A DNA stretch of 64,000 nt from Nymphaea colorata (lineage: Eukaryota). Position 1 is the first letter of the stretch, and every line of letters begins with the position of its first letter. This document shows positions 1 through 15,108 of this stretch, piece after piece. Position numbers and translations under genes: made by a program. The notes under the pieces are model-generated. The model searched no databases. It was not told where the DNA came from and worked only from the letters and a program-made list of their open reading frames with translations. The DNA lies in the NCBI RefSeq assembly GCF_008831285.2, contig NC_045138.2, positions 23,064,001 to 23,128,000 on the forward strand. The letters are read 5' to 3'.

Positions 1-131
1 GTTTCAAACGAGACATGGTCCATGCCCAATATCATTTCCAGGTAAAGAGAAAGTTTTACTGACGTTGAATGTAGCCAAAGTCAATGAATAGACACTCAAT
101 ATGAATTAACCTTCGAGTGGATCAGCGGACC

Positions 132-312
132 CAGTGGTGGAGCCACATGTAGGCTGGTGTGGGCAACTGCCCACACCATCCCATCAAAATTTTTCTATTT
201 TTACATTGGTGTTTTTAAAAATTTGCTGTTATTTATATATATATGGATGCCACTTGAGATATGAGAATTTCTCAATTGGTGCCCCTCCAGCCAAATTTTC
301 TTGCTCCGCCGT
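132..312. mobile_element. MITE (CAGTGGYGGAGC TIR family)
   Basis: CAGTGGTGGAGCC ... GCTCCGCC; related copies at 864, ~8133, ~9187, ~29854, ~55505. Confidence 0.55.
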
Positions 313-863
313 CAAGTGCACCATCCATATGAAACGTGTTACAATCTCAAAGGATTATATATAAAAGAAGGGGTAAATGCCCCTTAACTTTCCAAGACTT
401 GATATGAACATGTATAAATTAATGTAATTTTTTTTTTACTAACAATCTATATTTTGTGTAATGTCCAAAATTTCCAAAATTTTTTATTGCTCTTGTGGTA
501 CATCTCAGCGCCAAAAGTGCTCCCCTCCCCCCTTCACTTTTTCAAAATTGCCCTTGTGAGGATTTTCAACATGAGTTTCCAAAGCCTTCCTCCAAAGGAA
601 GGAGATACAGACACAAAATCAAGCATGTAATTTTTAGGCACTTTCCTAGTGATTGAGCATGAAAGGCATTGCCCAGAGTACTCAAAGTGACATACATATA
701 CATTTAGGGATCCTAAAATATGAGCATTGTGTGCATGACTATAGGCTTAGAATAACTTAACTTAAACAAGTAAGTAAATAACAACTACTTTCTAAGTGTC
801 AACATTCCAATTAACAATTCAATTTAATAATAATAGAATTTCATGCATATTGAGTTCCAGGAT

Positions 864-1042
864 CAATGTCAGAGCCACGTTGTGGCTGGCGTTGGCAATT
901 GCCCACATTAGCTCACAGAATTTTTTTTTTATTTGTATATAGATACTTTATTAGTTTTCAATGTTGTACATATGACTGTCCCTTAGAATTTGAAACTTAA
1001 ACTAACAGTTTCTCTTAACTAAAAATTCTGACTTTGCCACTG
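864..1042. mobile_element. hAT-like MITE
   Basis: Degenerate TIRs CAATGTCAGAGCC / GACTTTGCCACTG with 8-bp flanks TCCAGGAT / TCTAGGAC (6 of 8). Confidence 0.6.
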
Positions 1043-1098
1043 TCTAGGACTTGTAAAATTGGATATGAAAAGCTCTGAGTCAGCTCGTGGTAATTATT

Positions 1099-1307
1099 GG
1101 GGGCGTTTGATCGTTTGAAATTTTGATTCAAGAATGAAAAGTCCAGAGCCACAATTTCTCCTCAAACTGGAATGGAATCAAAATTCCAAGTTTCAGTTTT
1201 CTAATTCCAGAAACAAAATACCCAGTTTGTTTAATAATTCAAATTTCTTAAAAGATTAGCATTTTGATTTTTAAAATTCCATAATTCTGGGTATATCAAA
1301 CACTCCC
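1099..1307. mobile_element. Tourist/PIF-Harbinger-like MITE
   Basis: TIRs GGGGGCGTTTGAT ... ATCAAACACTCCC with AT-rich, internally palindromic sequence. Confidence 0.6.
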
Positions 1308-2183
1308 TAGAGAAGAGACGTTGTATAGTGAGAAAAAGAAGCACAAGTTGGCAAGCTAATCCAGGAATAAAATTTGGTATTAAAAGACCTAAAGTGGGGC
1401 AGTTCACAACTTTCTATTGAGCTTTCCTGTATAATGTCTACCTGCCAACCTTTATAATTAAAAAAAAAAAGTTATAAATGTTATGTCCCCCATCCCCCAG
1501 TTTCTGAAAATTAAAGTTTGTACCGGAAACATTTAAAAAAAAATGTTAAGTTGGCCCATGTAAAAATATAGTACTGTCCTTTCTAAAGAAAAAAAAACAA
1601 TTGGACAATTGGACAATCTTATATTGGGATAGGATCCTTACAACTGCACTGATAGGGGGATCCAAGAAAAATGGACCCAATAGAATAGCAACTAAAGAGA
1701 CAATTGGACAATCTTAGATCCATCTGAATCAACAAGAAGTATGGGCAAGGGAAGGGTGTTTTATATGTCAAGCATAATGCCTCTGTGGGCTCGATTTGTC
1801 TGTTCATGGCCACTGACTTGGTGCCTCTCTTATCAAGGTGGGGCTTCCCCCTTTTTTTAAGATGAAGAAAACACTCCATTGCCTCAATTTTCCTTCCCAA
1901 TAGTGTGATCAACCTATTTTTTCAATTGAATTTTGTGTTTTTCTTAGTCTTTCATGAACCTTTTTTTATCTTTTCTTTGACTTTGATGTAGAGATTTATA
2001 TACGTTAGTTTATAAATTAAGAAATCAGAAGCACTAGCAAAGAGAAGCATCAACTCCTTGCTGATCATGCAATATCATGCAATCAAGGTGGATGAGTTGA
2101 GTCAATCAAAACCATACAAATGGGCAAAACTGGCATGCGAGCTCTATTTGACGGGAGATACCACAAAAAGACTGAAGCCACTT

Positions 2184-2373
2184 GCCCTCGGGGTTTAAGG
2201 CTGCTTTTGGACCCAGGTAGAGAGTGGGCCACCTGTCAGCTTATAAGCATCACATACTCATCGTTTGCAGTCCAAAGAGCCCTCGGGGCTTAAGGCTGCT
2301 TTTGGACCCAGGTGGGGAGTGGGCCACCTGTCAGATTATAAGCATCACATACTCATCGTTTGCAGTCCAAATA
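2184..2373. repeat. Tandem duplication, 2 x 95 bp
   Basis: GCCCTCGGGG..GCAGTCCAAA units start at 2184 and 2279 and are nearly identical. Confidence 0.9.
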
Positions 2374-4360
2374 GAAGTGCGCAAAGGAATAGTATTGACG
2401 ACTGGCTTTTCACCATTTCGCCAGTCCGGCCAGCTATGCTACACCTCATGGGACCGTGCAAGCCCTACTTAAATTCACTAGCGTAGAAGAAAAATATCGA
2501 GGACCGAGAAGACAGCCATGTCTAGGCTAGGCCAGAACAGTGTTCCTGGACTGACTTAAAAACTCTGTCCTTGTGGTGGTAAAGGGATTCATACAAAGGT
2601 GGATGGAGACAAATTCATGGTTGTTCTATGTAGTGGTATTTTGTGTTGTATGTTGTTATATGTAACATTTCCTTTCAAGACCAACTTGGGTTAGTCAGTT
2701 TGTAGAATAAGCACATCCCAATTATCGGAAGCTTTAAATTCAAGACACTTTTGAAACTCTTTAGCTCTTCACCTCCATTTATTTGGCTTGCGCCAACTGG
2801 AAAGCTTTCTTTTAATCACATCATCCAGTGGGATATGAGATAAACACACGCAACCGGTGTTGTTGGTATTGGCTCATATCAATTGGGCTTTATCTTTTGT
2901 CTTAAAATCAATTTAAAACGTTTTCAATTATTTTTAAATTCAAAAAAGTGGCACAAATAAAAGTAGGTGTCGGGCCGTGGGCCCATCGGGTTTTCGAGCC
3001 CGTGTTCAAGTTGAACCGGCTTGAATCTGGCCGGCATTGGACCGAATAATTTTTAAAATATATATATATATATATATATATAAGACTTCGAATTGAGAGG
3101 GGCATGCCCACCCCTAAACACAAATCCATACACAACGATGGATAATCTGTTAATATGCCGTATATCAGCCGGTACGATGCCAATGTCGATATTAATAGAA
3201 TAGCACGCATCTTGTACTCTTTGATATCAGCAAAGAAGGAAAATATTTGAAAAGTGTTGTGGGCAGCCATTTAAATTGAATGAAGAGTGCACCTGATGCC
3301 ATTTAAAGTGCTGAGGCGGTTGCAACTTTACCTTTGCTATGTAGTTTCATTTGTTGTAGAAATTTTGTGCGTCTTTACTAAATATTTTATGAATATATAT
3401 ATATACAACGAGTTTAATGATTTTGAACCTTTTCCTTACTCATGCCATTTTTTTTAATTTTTTATTTTAATCATTCAATTCGAATTTTGCGTTTACCTCA
3501 ATTGACTTAAAAAAATAAAAATTATTTTTGTTTCTTATGCTTACATAAACTATTTTAGTGAATAGCATGTTGGGGGATACAGCACCAAATATTTTGACAA
3601 GATTGATTGATGTCATCGCAGTTAGGTGGCGAGCTGCCACTGACTGGTTAAATGTCTCGACAGAGGGAGAAGGAAAGAAGGCAAGTTTGACTGGGCATGA
3701 TTTTCTTTCTCTTTACATTTTTTAATGGTTGTTGTCTGGGTAGGAAGACACGACACATGGCACATGGGGAAGGCCATGTGACCTGTCCCGTCCCACGCTT
3801 TAGATAAATCTCCATCCTCGAAGGAGCAAGCCCACATGGAGTGCTCCTTTTTTATTCTCAATTTTACTTTTTTTTTTTTTATTTATTATCCTTTCATCAT
3901 TCAGATGCTTTTTTCTAAAGTCCAGTCCTTTGCCCTTAATTCTAGAAGCAACCTCCAGCTGCCTGAATTTGTTGAAGGCGACTGTAATGGCAACAGACTT
4001 TTTGTAAAACCAGCTCGACTATGAGGTTCTGCCATTCAAGGTTTTGGGAATATTTGTAAAGCTTACAGGTGTCTACCTACCTATATTATAGACCAAGCCG
4101 TCACTTTCTCCCAACTTTTTCGCCCCTAAACAATGAAAGAGAGAAATGAATTTCTTTCTTTTAATTCTATCATCATGTGAGAGTATTTAGTCTTACTGTT
4201 CCGTTGGAAGCCACTGTTCCGTTGGAAGCCAAAACACCCATCGTTTATAAGGTACCAAACAAACTTTCTATGCTTCAAGATAATGCTGCAGTGATGTTTC
4301 AACTTATATATTGATGCTTTTTTTGCAATACAAAAAATTGATGCTACATAAGCTTATAAC

Positions 4361-4755
4361 TAGGGTTGCACATGAGCAGAGTCGAGCCCGTTCTTAACCA
4401 ACCCGAACTCGACTCATCTTAAAAAACTCGAGCTCGAGCTCCTAGAGCTTGACTCGACTATACAAAATTGAGCTCGAATTCGACCCGTTTAACTCATTTA
4501 GCCGTTAACTCGTTTAATTTGTGTAAGTGTCAACTTATATAACTCGTTTAACTCATATAGCTTGTGAAACCGGTTTTGGCAATATTATACAAAGCATTGG
4601 TTTGTGGGTCGAGTCGAATTCCTGAAACTTCAACCCAACCTGTTTATAGTTTCAAGTATGATTGTAAGCTTGAACTCAACTCATTTATAAACGAGTCAAT
4701 CACGAGTAGAGTTTTTTTGAGCGAGTTTGAGTCGAACCCACACCCTTGACACTAA
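4361..4755. mobile_element. hAT-like non-autonomous element with (CTCGAG/TCGAC) subterminal repeats
   Basis: Starts TAGGGTTG; clustered GAGCTCGA/GAGTCGAA motifs at both ends. Confidence 0.5.
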
Positions 4756-7700
4756 CTGCCTATCAACAACCCCTTGCAAGCCTTTATTATGCCCACCTCC
4801 TTGAAGATGCATCTTAATGTTTTGGGGATTCAAAATTACAAGATCCACCCAAGGAATTGATGGAAAACCCAATGGAGAAGCCAGATAGGGAGGAGCAGGT
4901 TACATGTGACGTAAACATATTTGATAAGTTTAAGGGCCTATCTATTAATTTACATGATAAGTTAGGGCGTCTTGCTGAAGGAGCACAACATATAAGCCGC
5001 CCTTCTTGAATTTTCAACTATTTCGAGTTTAGTATTAAGTTTTTTAAATATTGTTTGCAGCCTACAATTTAGTAAACTAATAGTGTACTGGAGCAGTTAT
5101 ATGACCTCCTACAAGGAACTGTGCTATGGGTTCAAAATGACTAAAATGCCTTTATTGATTAAATGAAATTGGAGACTCCTCCTTATAAGGGCAAAGCGAA
5201 ACATAAAAGAAAATTCCTCCTTGTAAGATTATGAACATAACAGCAGAGTGGGTATACGACTCTTCATATTAGCTGCATAACACCGAAAATGCACTCATAA
5301 TGTACCCTTATACTGCCGCCGTGGCCTTTTAACTCGGTTATAATATTAGTTGAACTTGAGACAAACGTAGAAAACACCTTCCAACTTAAGAGGTGTTGAA
5401 AAAAATACGTTCTTACTTCTTCAAACTTGACATTGGATGTTATTTAAGTAAGATTCTTTTGAAAGTTGTGAGTGAAGACCAGTGCACGTGGTAAGAAAGA
5501 AATGTGAACGCTGTCAAAGTTGAAGACTTTTAAGATTAGTTCATTTTGCTTTGCGAGTTTTTCATTATGGCATTACATCTGTGATGCTAAAATGTGTTAG
5601 TACCAAAAATTGAGAGCAAAAATGAAATTTAAAAAAAAAAAAACTGAGGCAAAAAGGGAGCCATAGAACAAAAATTTATCTCAATTAAATAGCGCGGACA
5701 CGCGGCTGAACTTTTCTGACTGGAAGGGACAAGGGAAGGGTCCACGTTTTCACACCACAGGTAAAAAAAAGCGTCCTTACAGAAGCTGACCAGGGTGTAA
5801 CCATGTGCTGCATCCCGAGGTCTGGTTAACCCATTTTGCTTTCTCACCACGAGGCGTTTGAATGTTTGACTGTAAAGAGAGGTTTGATTGGTGACCTCGG
5901 TTTTCTACTTAAGGATTTGCTAGTGTAGTTGGTCGCACTCGTCGGTAAGGGCTCAATTGTCAATTTCACTTCTGGTGACTATTATTTTTTTTTTGAACTG
6001 CAGCATCATTAGTTCAATTTTAGTGGGTTTTTCTTTTTTGAACTGCAAACAATAACATATGTTGTTTCGTAAACCCACCGCGGCTTCAAAACAACTTCAG
6101 TCTCGAAAGCAAGATAAAGAAATAAGTTTTAGCATCTCGTGAATTACCAGTCAACCCTTTTTGAGATGGATAGAAAATATTGTTCTAGGAATCAAACACG
6201 ACTTAAGTTCGGCCTAGCGAAAAAGAAATCCACTTATTTGTTAAACTGCGGAGCAGCTATTATGATTATTTTTACTGTTTGATATGCAAAAGGTAGTACA
6301 GGAATTCTTTGTCTCACTGATCCAGGTCAAATCAAACATTTGTTAAATTTCTTCCGCTGTTTTTCTTCCCCACATCACCCTAACGTGTCTCCAGCTGACT
6401 TTGTCACAAAACCTTGAGATGCTCACCCGCTACGAGAAAGTGGACCTAACCCTGACATAGGGATAAGATCAGGCCCTCGATATGAAATCCTGAACAGGAA
6501 AAATCTTTCCAACTTGGTGATCCTGACGAGTTGCTCTGCTCCTCCTCCCACTCGGTTAGAGCCGAGCTATTTTTACTTTTTTCCGAGTATTTTTCACTTG
6601 TGAGCAGGGCTATTCTTATTTTCTCTCGAAAATTTTTGATATTAAAAGGAAAAAAAAGTTGTACATTTTTTAGTGAGTAAGTGGTTCATTTCTATCGCTT
6701 TCAATAAAATGTAAAGAAAGTTATACTTTATTAAGTGAACAAGAGGTTCATTTTTATTGCTCCAACTAGGTAATAAGGTCCCCCATTTCCTTCCTTATGC
6801 TGCGTCAATATCCGTGATGATAGTGGTGTATCCTTCATTACCTACCACCTTAATATGCAAGAGTATAACACTCTCAAAAATTGAATTGGAGACATTTTCC
6901 TATATGCCCTTAAACCGACCATCTAGACTATGCCCTTTGAAACAATTCAGTTGTACACTTTATGAAGGAAAATATGTTGCTAATTTAGTTATTATAGTTG
7001 GTAAACTTGTGACTCGAGCTCGGATTGGCTGATGACCGGGTCGTCGGGTCAGTGACTTGACTTGTCAACTCGATCGAGTTTTAAAATAACCTAAACCGGC
7101 CGAGTTAAGGGTAAGTCCGGCCAACCTTGACTCGTGTCTAGGTTTTCTACCGATCCGAGTTGACATGGGCAATTTCTGAGCCAACTCGGTGAGTCAGCCA
7201 ACTATGAAGTTTGATAAATTGATCAGGTCAGCAATAGTGTTTGACAACTTTAAAGTATTAGAGGACTATATCAGGAAATTAAGAAAGATTAACATGTTGA
7301 TTTTATTTGAAAGTAAAAGAATGGAGCTCATGAAAATTGTGATGTCCAGTGTGTTTGTTGACGGAAAGTTGGAATCCGCTTACCTGTTCGTCGTTGTCTT
7401 GCCGTTGTCCATTGGCAATCATCAACTTCAAGGAATATAAGAGAACATCGTGTTGATGGCTGGATTATTTGTCTCCCAACTCCTAATTAGACCGCGCATT
7501 GTTCTTGTATTGCAATTGGGTGCCGTGGAGTCATTTTCATGAAGGTGGGTTCCGTGTTCCCGTGTCCTACCATTTTAGGAGAGGGACATTTTCTTCTTCT
7601 TCTTTTTTTTTCAGTTTTCACTTTTTTTCTCAGCAAGAGGGGGTGGGCAGAAAGATAACTACGTTAAGAAGCCAAAGCCCCTCTTTGTTTCCTCTGAATT

Positions 7701-9343
7701 CCGGTGCGATGTTACTTTGGAATCTAGGTGGGAGCAGTACACTAGTCAATTGAAGTATTATACATTGATTGTTTGTAGTCTAAGGGAGTAGTATCCACAT
7801 GAAGACAATCAGACTTTCACCAATTCACCAGTCCAACCAGCTATGCTACACTTTCAAAACAATTTTGTCCTTCAAAAGAAAATTCTCTTATTTTAGTTAT
7901 TTCTGATCCTAATACATAGTCGCAACGTTAGGAGTGTAACATATTATTGCATGCTCTGCAATTTTCATTCCTTGATACTAGTACATAATACAAAGACAGT
8001 GTGAGAAACTAAAGAATAAACGACAAAAACTTCTTTCTTGAAGAAGTTGTGGTTGAGATATTCCCGGGCACTTATGAGTAAAAACCACATTAGTTTTGTG
8101 CTTCCCTTCTTTTTATAGGGACACTCCTGATCACTAGTGAAGCCAGAATTTTTATCTGATGGGGGCACTTATTCAATACCTTTAACTTATTTGAAGCAGT
8201 TACATATATAACAATAAAATGTATCAAAACATTAACATATATATTAAACTAATTTTCTGAGGCTGGTGTGGGCAACTGCCCACACCAGCTACCATGTGAC
8301 TATGTCATTCCTCCTGATGGTTTATAGTTCATCAATGGCTCATAATACTGGTTTAGATCTATGAGTCTACTATGGATTGTTAGCACCGTTATCGTATGTT
8401 CATGTTTTTCTTCTTTTATAACGGTTTTAGCCACCATGGAAGCACATGATCTACCGAAGATCTTGGGTCTCAATTTCATGATGCAAGAAACAGAACTTCA
8501 AGCAATGACCTTCCACTTTCGTCAAGGTCCAACGGCGGAGCCAAAAATTTTTGCTTGAGTTGCACCAATCCAAAACTTCCATACTTGGTGGGGCTCCGAC
8601 ATGTCCAACCTTTAGTGTTGTTATTGTTATACTGGCTGATCCTTCCACCACAACTTCATATAGGAGGCTTGTCTTTCTGGTTTTCATGGTGTGATTCTCA
8701 TTGTTGTTCCATGTTGGGACTCTTAAAAGTTCATGTTTTAGAACCTTGACATTTTAAATTGATGTTTTAAGTAAAGTTAGAGGAGAATGGTGAAAGTAGG
8801 CTATATTTGACAGTTGAAAAAGTGATGCCTATATCAGAAAAATAAAAGGTGTGAAACCCAAATTCAGGATTATAGAGAAAGTCCGTCCCTTAAATGGAAA
8901 TTTTCCAAAAAAATATTTATAATTGACAGACTTTTGAATATTGGTTCTTAGTGAAGTCAATGCTATCTTCCAAAACGACGGCATAACGTGGTTGGTCTAA
9001 CGTCAGGAAATACCAATGGCCTCTCATAAATTAATCGTCACCATCATCATCATCCTTGTAAATGATTATCAGTTTTTTTAAACTTTTTTTTTCTAAACAA
9101 TTTAAAATGAGTTTAATTATTATCGAATATGTATTGGTTGATCTTTGGTTGGTAAAACTCAGGGGAACTTTGATTACCTTGGATCTGCAGTGAAGCCAAG
9201 GTTTTCTTTTCTAGATGGGCCACGATCATAAGGATCTATATATATTATGTTTGCCAAATTATTATAGGGACCAAATGAAATATTTAGAAAATTTTAACAA
9301 CTAAAATTTTGTTTAGGGCCAGGGCAACTGTGACCGCACCAAC

Positions 9344-9896
9344 ATAGTTGGCTGACTAGCCGATCCGACTAGTGAGCCACTTGATTTGAGTAGGATCATC
9401 GATTCATTGGGTCATCACCGAGTCGGCTAGGATCGTCAACTAATTATATGCTCCTTTTGTTTTGCAATGCTGAAAAATTGAGTTTGTTATTTTGTAAATT
9501 GTGAAAATATATATCAATATGTAATGGTATGGAAGCGGTCCTTGTTTTGTTGTAAACTCATACTTGCGTTTATTCTCAGCAACTTGCTAATGAGAGAGCA
9601 ACGAACAAGTGCACACTGAGGGTGTCTTCTCCCCAAGTTATTGGCTTGTTAGATATTTAACACTAACTTTTCTAAATATACATGCAAACACTCATATTAC
9701 ATGTAATTTAGTTTTAGGCACCGACAAAAATATCAAATATTAAGTCTCGGCAGACCTACCTTCCTTATGTATGTATATAAAAAAAATGCACCATAAAAAG
9801 TGATGACCTAACCCAGACAAGTTGCCGAGTTAACTCGCCGACCGACTGACCCAGCCATCAGTCAATCTGAGTTCGAGCCACTGGTTTGTCAACTAT
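9344..9896. mobile_element. Non-autonomous DNA transposon remnant (CATAGTTG..CAACTATG)
   Basis: Inverted termini and CCGA/GACT subterminal motifs; related copy at about 6994-7250. Confidence 0.45.
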
Positions 9897-10545
9897 GTCT
9901 GTCTACATCCCTTGGCTTGATCGTTGGCTTGGTATTTCAAGTTCAAAGTCATATTTACATTGTAGAACCTTAGATTTCAAAAATTTTAGAAACTTGAATA
10001 GAAAATTAAATCATTGCTTAAAAGATACATGCATTACAAAAGAAAGTATGAAATCTTTGCATCCTTAATATTCATAGGTTCTATTAACAAGGAAGCTACA
10101 ACCAACTTGAAAGACATTGTGGTTGGCAATATTGCAGAAAATAGAGTAGAACAGCAAATCTGCCAAATCATATGACAAAATTGAGGGCACCAACAAACTA
10201 TTGATATTTAAGAGGATGACACAAAAGTCTAATTAGGCATGAAGATAGTAAAATGCTGACTACTCAAGATTTGCATTTTGTAAATAAGGAAATATAAATT
10301 AGAGTTGTATTAGAACATCCTATTATAAATTTAGCCTCTCGATGTAGAATACAAACTTGAAAAAATGAATGCTTTTTTGCATGATTGTAGATTGTTTCAA
10401 GTAAACGACATTATATTTCTTGCCTTAGTTGCTCAAGCTATTATTTTTTGTGTGGTACTGGAGCCATTCATTAGCTATTAAAATAGATGACAGACCAAAG
10501 CAAGACAAGCAATGGCAACATGCGAACAAATTAAGAAGTTTTTCC

Positions 10546-13500
10546 TGAAAGGAAATGAGAAAAGCAAAAGAGAGACATAAGGAGATATTTTTAGTGGTTC
10601 AGAGTGATTCCAACATCGATGGACATCACCCTCAATGACGATGGGATGAGTTTTCTTTTATTGATATGTTTATATACAAAGGTTTTTTAGTTACAACTTT
10701 TGAATTTTGAGTCTTTGCGTAATGACCTCCTTGAACACCTTCATTATTAGTAGCTCTCATTTCAAAGCAATCCTTATCATTGTGATCTTATTGTGATATA
10801 ACTTTATCTATTTCCTCATGAATTGGGACAGAACTATCGTCCACTATATCTTTGCAAGGATATGTGTTATCAGTTCTTTGCAGTCGAGAGCTCAGAGCAG
10901 GTCAGAGACCAGATTGGCAACAAGTGAAGCATGGGAAGCCCGTGGTAGAAGGTTAGTGAACAAGTCAACTAACTGATTTTCAGAGGCCACATTTTGAGTG
11001 ACAAGAGAACTAAAAGCAGCCTTTTCCCTAACAAAGTTATAGTCCAGCTTGAGGTGTTTCATGCGAGAGTGATAAGCTGGTTTAGTGGTATCCTGCCAAG
11101 CCAAGAGATTATCACACAAGAATAATGGAGCCTTAGGCAAGAAAATGTCAATATCTTGGGGGAGGAAGGTGAGGCAAGTAAGCTCAGTTGCAACAACTGC
11201 AAATGGATAGTGTTCTACTTTGCAAGAAGAATGAGCGACACTGGTCCGATTTTTTTTTGAACTCCAAAAAATTCAATTGAGACCTAGGAAAGTGCAATAA
11301 CTAGTCATGGACAGGTGAGTGTCTGGGCACCCCATCCCAATCAATGTTACAATCCAGAGAGAAAAATTGCATCCCATGACTAATAGTGCCTTGAATGTAG
11401 CTGAGAATGTGCTCCACCATTTTTGAAAATGCTTTACAGTAGGAGCATGCATAAATTGAGAAGCAAAACTGCATATGATATGTTTGTTCAGGTTAAAGAC
11501 AAGTATTATAAAGCCCCAACAATAGTACAATACATAGTTGATAGTTACATCTTGAAGAAGATCATTAGGAGCTACTGATGCATCAATATTATTCTCCATA
11601 GGACTGGCGGCAGCTTTACATGTTTGCATTTGAGCCCGAGCAATGATCTCAGTAGCACATTTATGCGGGTTTATAAAACGTCTATCACTTTGCCATTGAA
11701 CTTGATTCCCAAGGACAAAAAATGTTGTCTCCAAGATTGGTCATGAAAAATTCATGTTGCACTTGCTGCTAAAAAGAAATGAGTTAGTGATGCCATTTTT
11801 GTGTCTCACAAACAATGAAAAATCGGAAGTACTGGCTTGAACATGGAGAGAAAAAAGGAATTGTGCAAAACGGTCATACCATGCTCTAGGAGCTTCTTTT
11901 AATCCATAATTGCTCGATTCATGTGGCACACATGATTAGGGAAATGCTCATCTTTAAACCCAAGGGCTGCTCAATATATATAACTTGAAAGAGGTGGCCA
12001 TTCTAAAAGGCATTTTTTACTTCATATTGATGACAAGGCCACTCAAATGCAAGAGCAAGAGATAGGACTAAGCAAATGTTGCATGCTTAATAACATGTGA
12101 AAAAGTCTCAAGAAATTTAATAACTTGAACTTGATTATATCCTTGTGCAACTAACCTTGCTTTCAGACATTCAACTTCACCATTTCTCTTGAGCTTGGTT
12201 TTATAAACCCACCGACTCCCAGTTACATGCATAGATGGCTCATGGGGGAGTAAAGTCTATGTGTTTTATGTTTGAAGAGTTTTCCATCTTATCAAACATT
12301 TCTTTGCACCAACCTAGGTGCTTAAGAGCAATGCAGAAATGCTCGGGTCCCAAAAAATTTGACTAGTCTGAAAATAACATGGGTTGGGTTAAACAATACC
12401 TGATTGGGATCTGGTCACCATAGATGGTGAGCCACTGCAGCAAGAGAGGTGTTTGAGGGGGTTAATCTTAAGTGTGATGATGAGGTGGTGACACATCTAT
12501 AGGTTCATGCATATACTTTTCTAAAAGTTATTGGACTTCATTATGAAGGCATGCAAGGTGTTGGGGATCAGGTTGTATAGAATTGGTGAGAGAGACTAGG
12601 TGGTTGGGTTTATGTTGAATAGTTAGAGGCATGCAATCTGAAAATGATGAGATTGTTGATTTTCATTTGTTGAATGCTGGAGGAAATGAAAAAGTTGTTC
12701 ATTAAGACCACTTGAAGAAAGATGTAGACTCTGCTTGTAGCTATATATGGACTTTGTTAGCATTTATGCTAGTCACTACATCCAATAAAAACACATGGTA
12801 AAGATTTAAGATGAAATTTATGCTGATTATACACCTTGATGTATGGAAAACATTTGCATCCAAATGTCCAAAGGCATGAGCAGTCAATGCATTTGTTATA
12901 TAAAAACTCATATGGAGCCGGCAAAGGATTTATGAGTCAAACAACAGTTGTACAAGCTTCTACCTAATATTTTGATGGTAGTCGACTATGAAAAAGTAAT
13001 GTCAACCCAAGTTCAATGATAGATCGATGTTTCCATTACCGTTTTGTTCAGATGATTTTGACAGGCTTTCTGGTGTAAAATTATTTGATCTTTTAAATAT
13101 TGAATGAGCTGTACATTATTAGACTCACCCCTTCATCTATTTGAAAGCATTTGATAGTAACTCAAATTTTCATGTGAATCATGTGATGAAAATCAATGGA
13201 TTTTACTCATAGATCATATTTGCATCTTAGTGGATATAACCAAGATTACTGAGTAAATTGATCCACAAACATTGCATAATATTTAAGCTATTGACAAGAT
13301 ATAATAGGGGCTGGTCCCCATAAATCATAGTGTATTTTTTCAAAGGCATGTTCTTTATTTGAAGCTGGAAGAAAAAGAAGTCTAGAAGCTTTAAATATTT
13401 GGCAGCTTTGACATAAAGAAAAATTGCAGTCTTTAATTAAATTAATCATGCTATGAGATAAAAGATAAGTAAGGATATTACTGAGCTTGATGATTGAGCT

Positions 13501-14782
13501 TGCCATGCCACACCTACGAAGATGCAGACCTAAACCGAGCAAAGAAGCAGACAGACTTTGGAGAACCCTTGAGAGTGTGTGAGTCGCTCCACCTAGTTGT
13601 TGCAGCGATCACTCAATAAAAAGTGATAGACATTAACATTTTCCACCAGACTTTGTCAAATCCATGATTACGGAAAATATAAAATTTTAAGTTACTTAGA
13701 TTATCTGTCACGTGTATGGTAGCATGGGCATCTACATACCCATCATGATCAATCAGATTAGTTACTTTTAGGGTGATAAAAGGTTGAGGAAGGTCCTTGG
13801 GTTGATATATGTGCTTGATTAAAATGTTGGTAGCATTTGGAGGCAGTGTGTAGAATTGGCACAAAAATTTGTTTTTTTACTTGTTTTCCATTGGAATTAT
13901 TGTCCTATTGATTGTTAGAAACCTGAGTAGCATGTGAAAAACCCCTTCCTCATGATTAGTTGAATTGGTCTCCATTAGTTCACTTCTTGTTGTATTGGCA
14001 TCCCATGTTAGATTCCCGAGTCTATTGACTAAGAAAGGAAATGTTCTGATTTACACTATTTTCATATGCATGTAAACCTTTTATGATTTTATGTCCTTAA
14101 AGGAGAGAAATAACATCTAAGTATGAAGAAATGGGCAACTTTAGCATAATGGTGGTCAAGGTGTTAGATCCTAAACCAAGTCCACTAACAAGCCAAAAAG
14201 ACTTTATCTTCATCTTGGATAGGTTCGACAATCTCTACCAACTCGCTACATATGTTTTTAAAAGATGTATTATACTTTGTTATCATTTTTCTTGTTTTTT
14301 ATACATCTATAACTTATGAGTAAGAAGAAACTCAATCTATTTGGATTCTATAGTAAAGGATGTTGAGAGAGTGTTCTAAACTTGAGCAAAGGACTTAAGG
14401 CCCACAATTAATTTGAGTACCTTTTCATACAAGGAACTGGTAAGCCTTCCTCTTTGCAAAATTTTTCAGGCATTATAATATAATTAGGATTTTGGCGACT
14501 CCAACTCTCTCCATTTTCAACATAGCTAAGCATGGTAGAACATGACTCATAAATTTTTCATCAATAAAGAATTCATGTTTGCCACGATAAAGATTGCTTG
14601 TGGCTAATCTTATTTGTGGCAAAGTTGGCAATACTAATGGAAGATGGATAGGGATATTTAGTTGAATTTTCTGAAGATGCTCTAGACGCCAAAATGCAAA
14701 CAAGAAAACACTCGAAAGCAACTATGAATAATCTTCTTAGGGAAGATGAAGCTCTTATACCAGGAAAGGGAAATGAGGAAGG

Positions 14783-14828
<46 letters not shown>

Positions 14829-15108
14829 TACGTGGTTTGAAATTATTCCGACTTCCACAAACCTCACCCTCAATGATGATGGATGAGTTTTGTTTCATTG
14901 ATTTGTTTTTATATAGAGATTTTTCAGTTATAACTTTTGAATTTTAAATCTCAGCGTAACATTCTCATTGAACAACATCCTTATCACTAGCTACCATTTC
15001 AATGCAATCTGTATCATTGTGAGCTTGCTATGACACAACTTTACTACTTTCTTGTTAATTGGGGCATAATCAACATTCACCATATCTTTTCAAGGATATC
15101 TGTTATTA
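10546..15108 (-). mobile_element. Old degenerate Ty1/copia LTR retrotransposon
   Basis: Diverged direct repeats 10546-10872 and 14763-15108, PBS TGGTATAAGAGC 14751-14762, protease-like VDAHATIHVT, integrase IHYDLWGPAP, RT YGLKEAPRAWYDRF, RNase H CDN..HSRMKHLKLDYNFVREK. Confidence 0.88.
14786..14821. repeat. (AG)n microsatellite inside the old copia LTR
   Basis: Read directly. Confidence 0.95.

Noticed and set aside
1..60. Possible plus-strand exon end (CCAG|GTAAAG at 41/42)
   Set aside because: Too little sequence in the window to support a gene call
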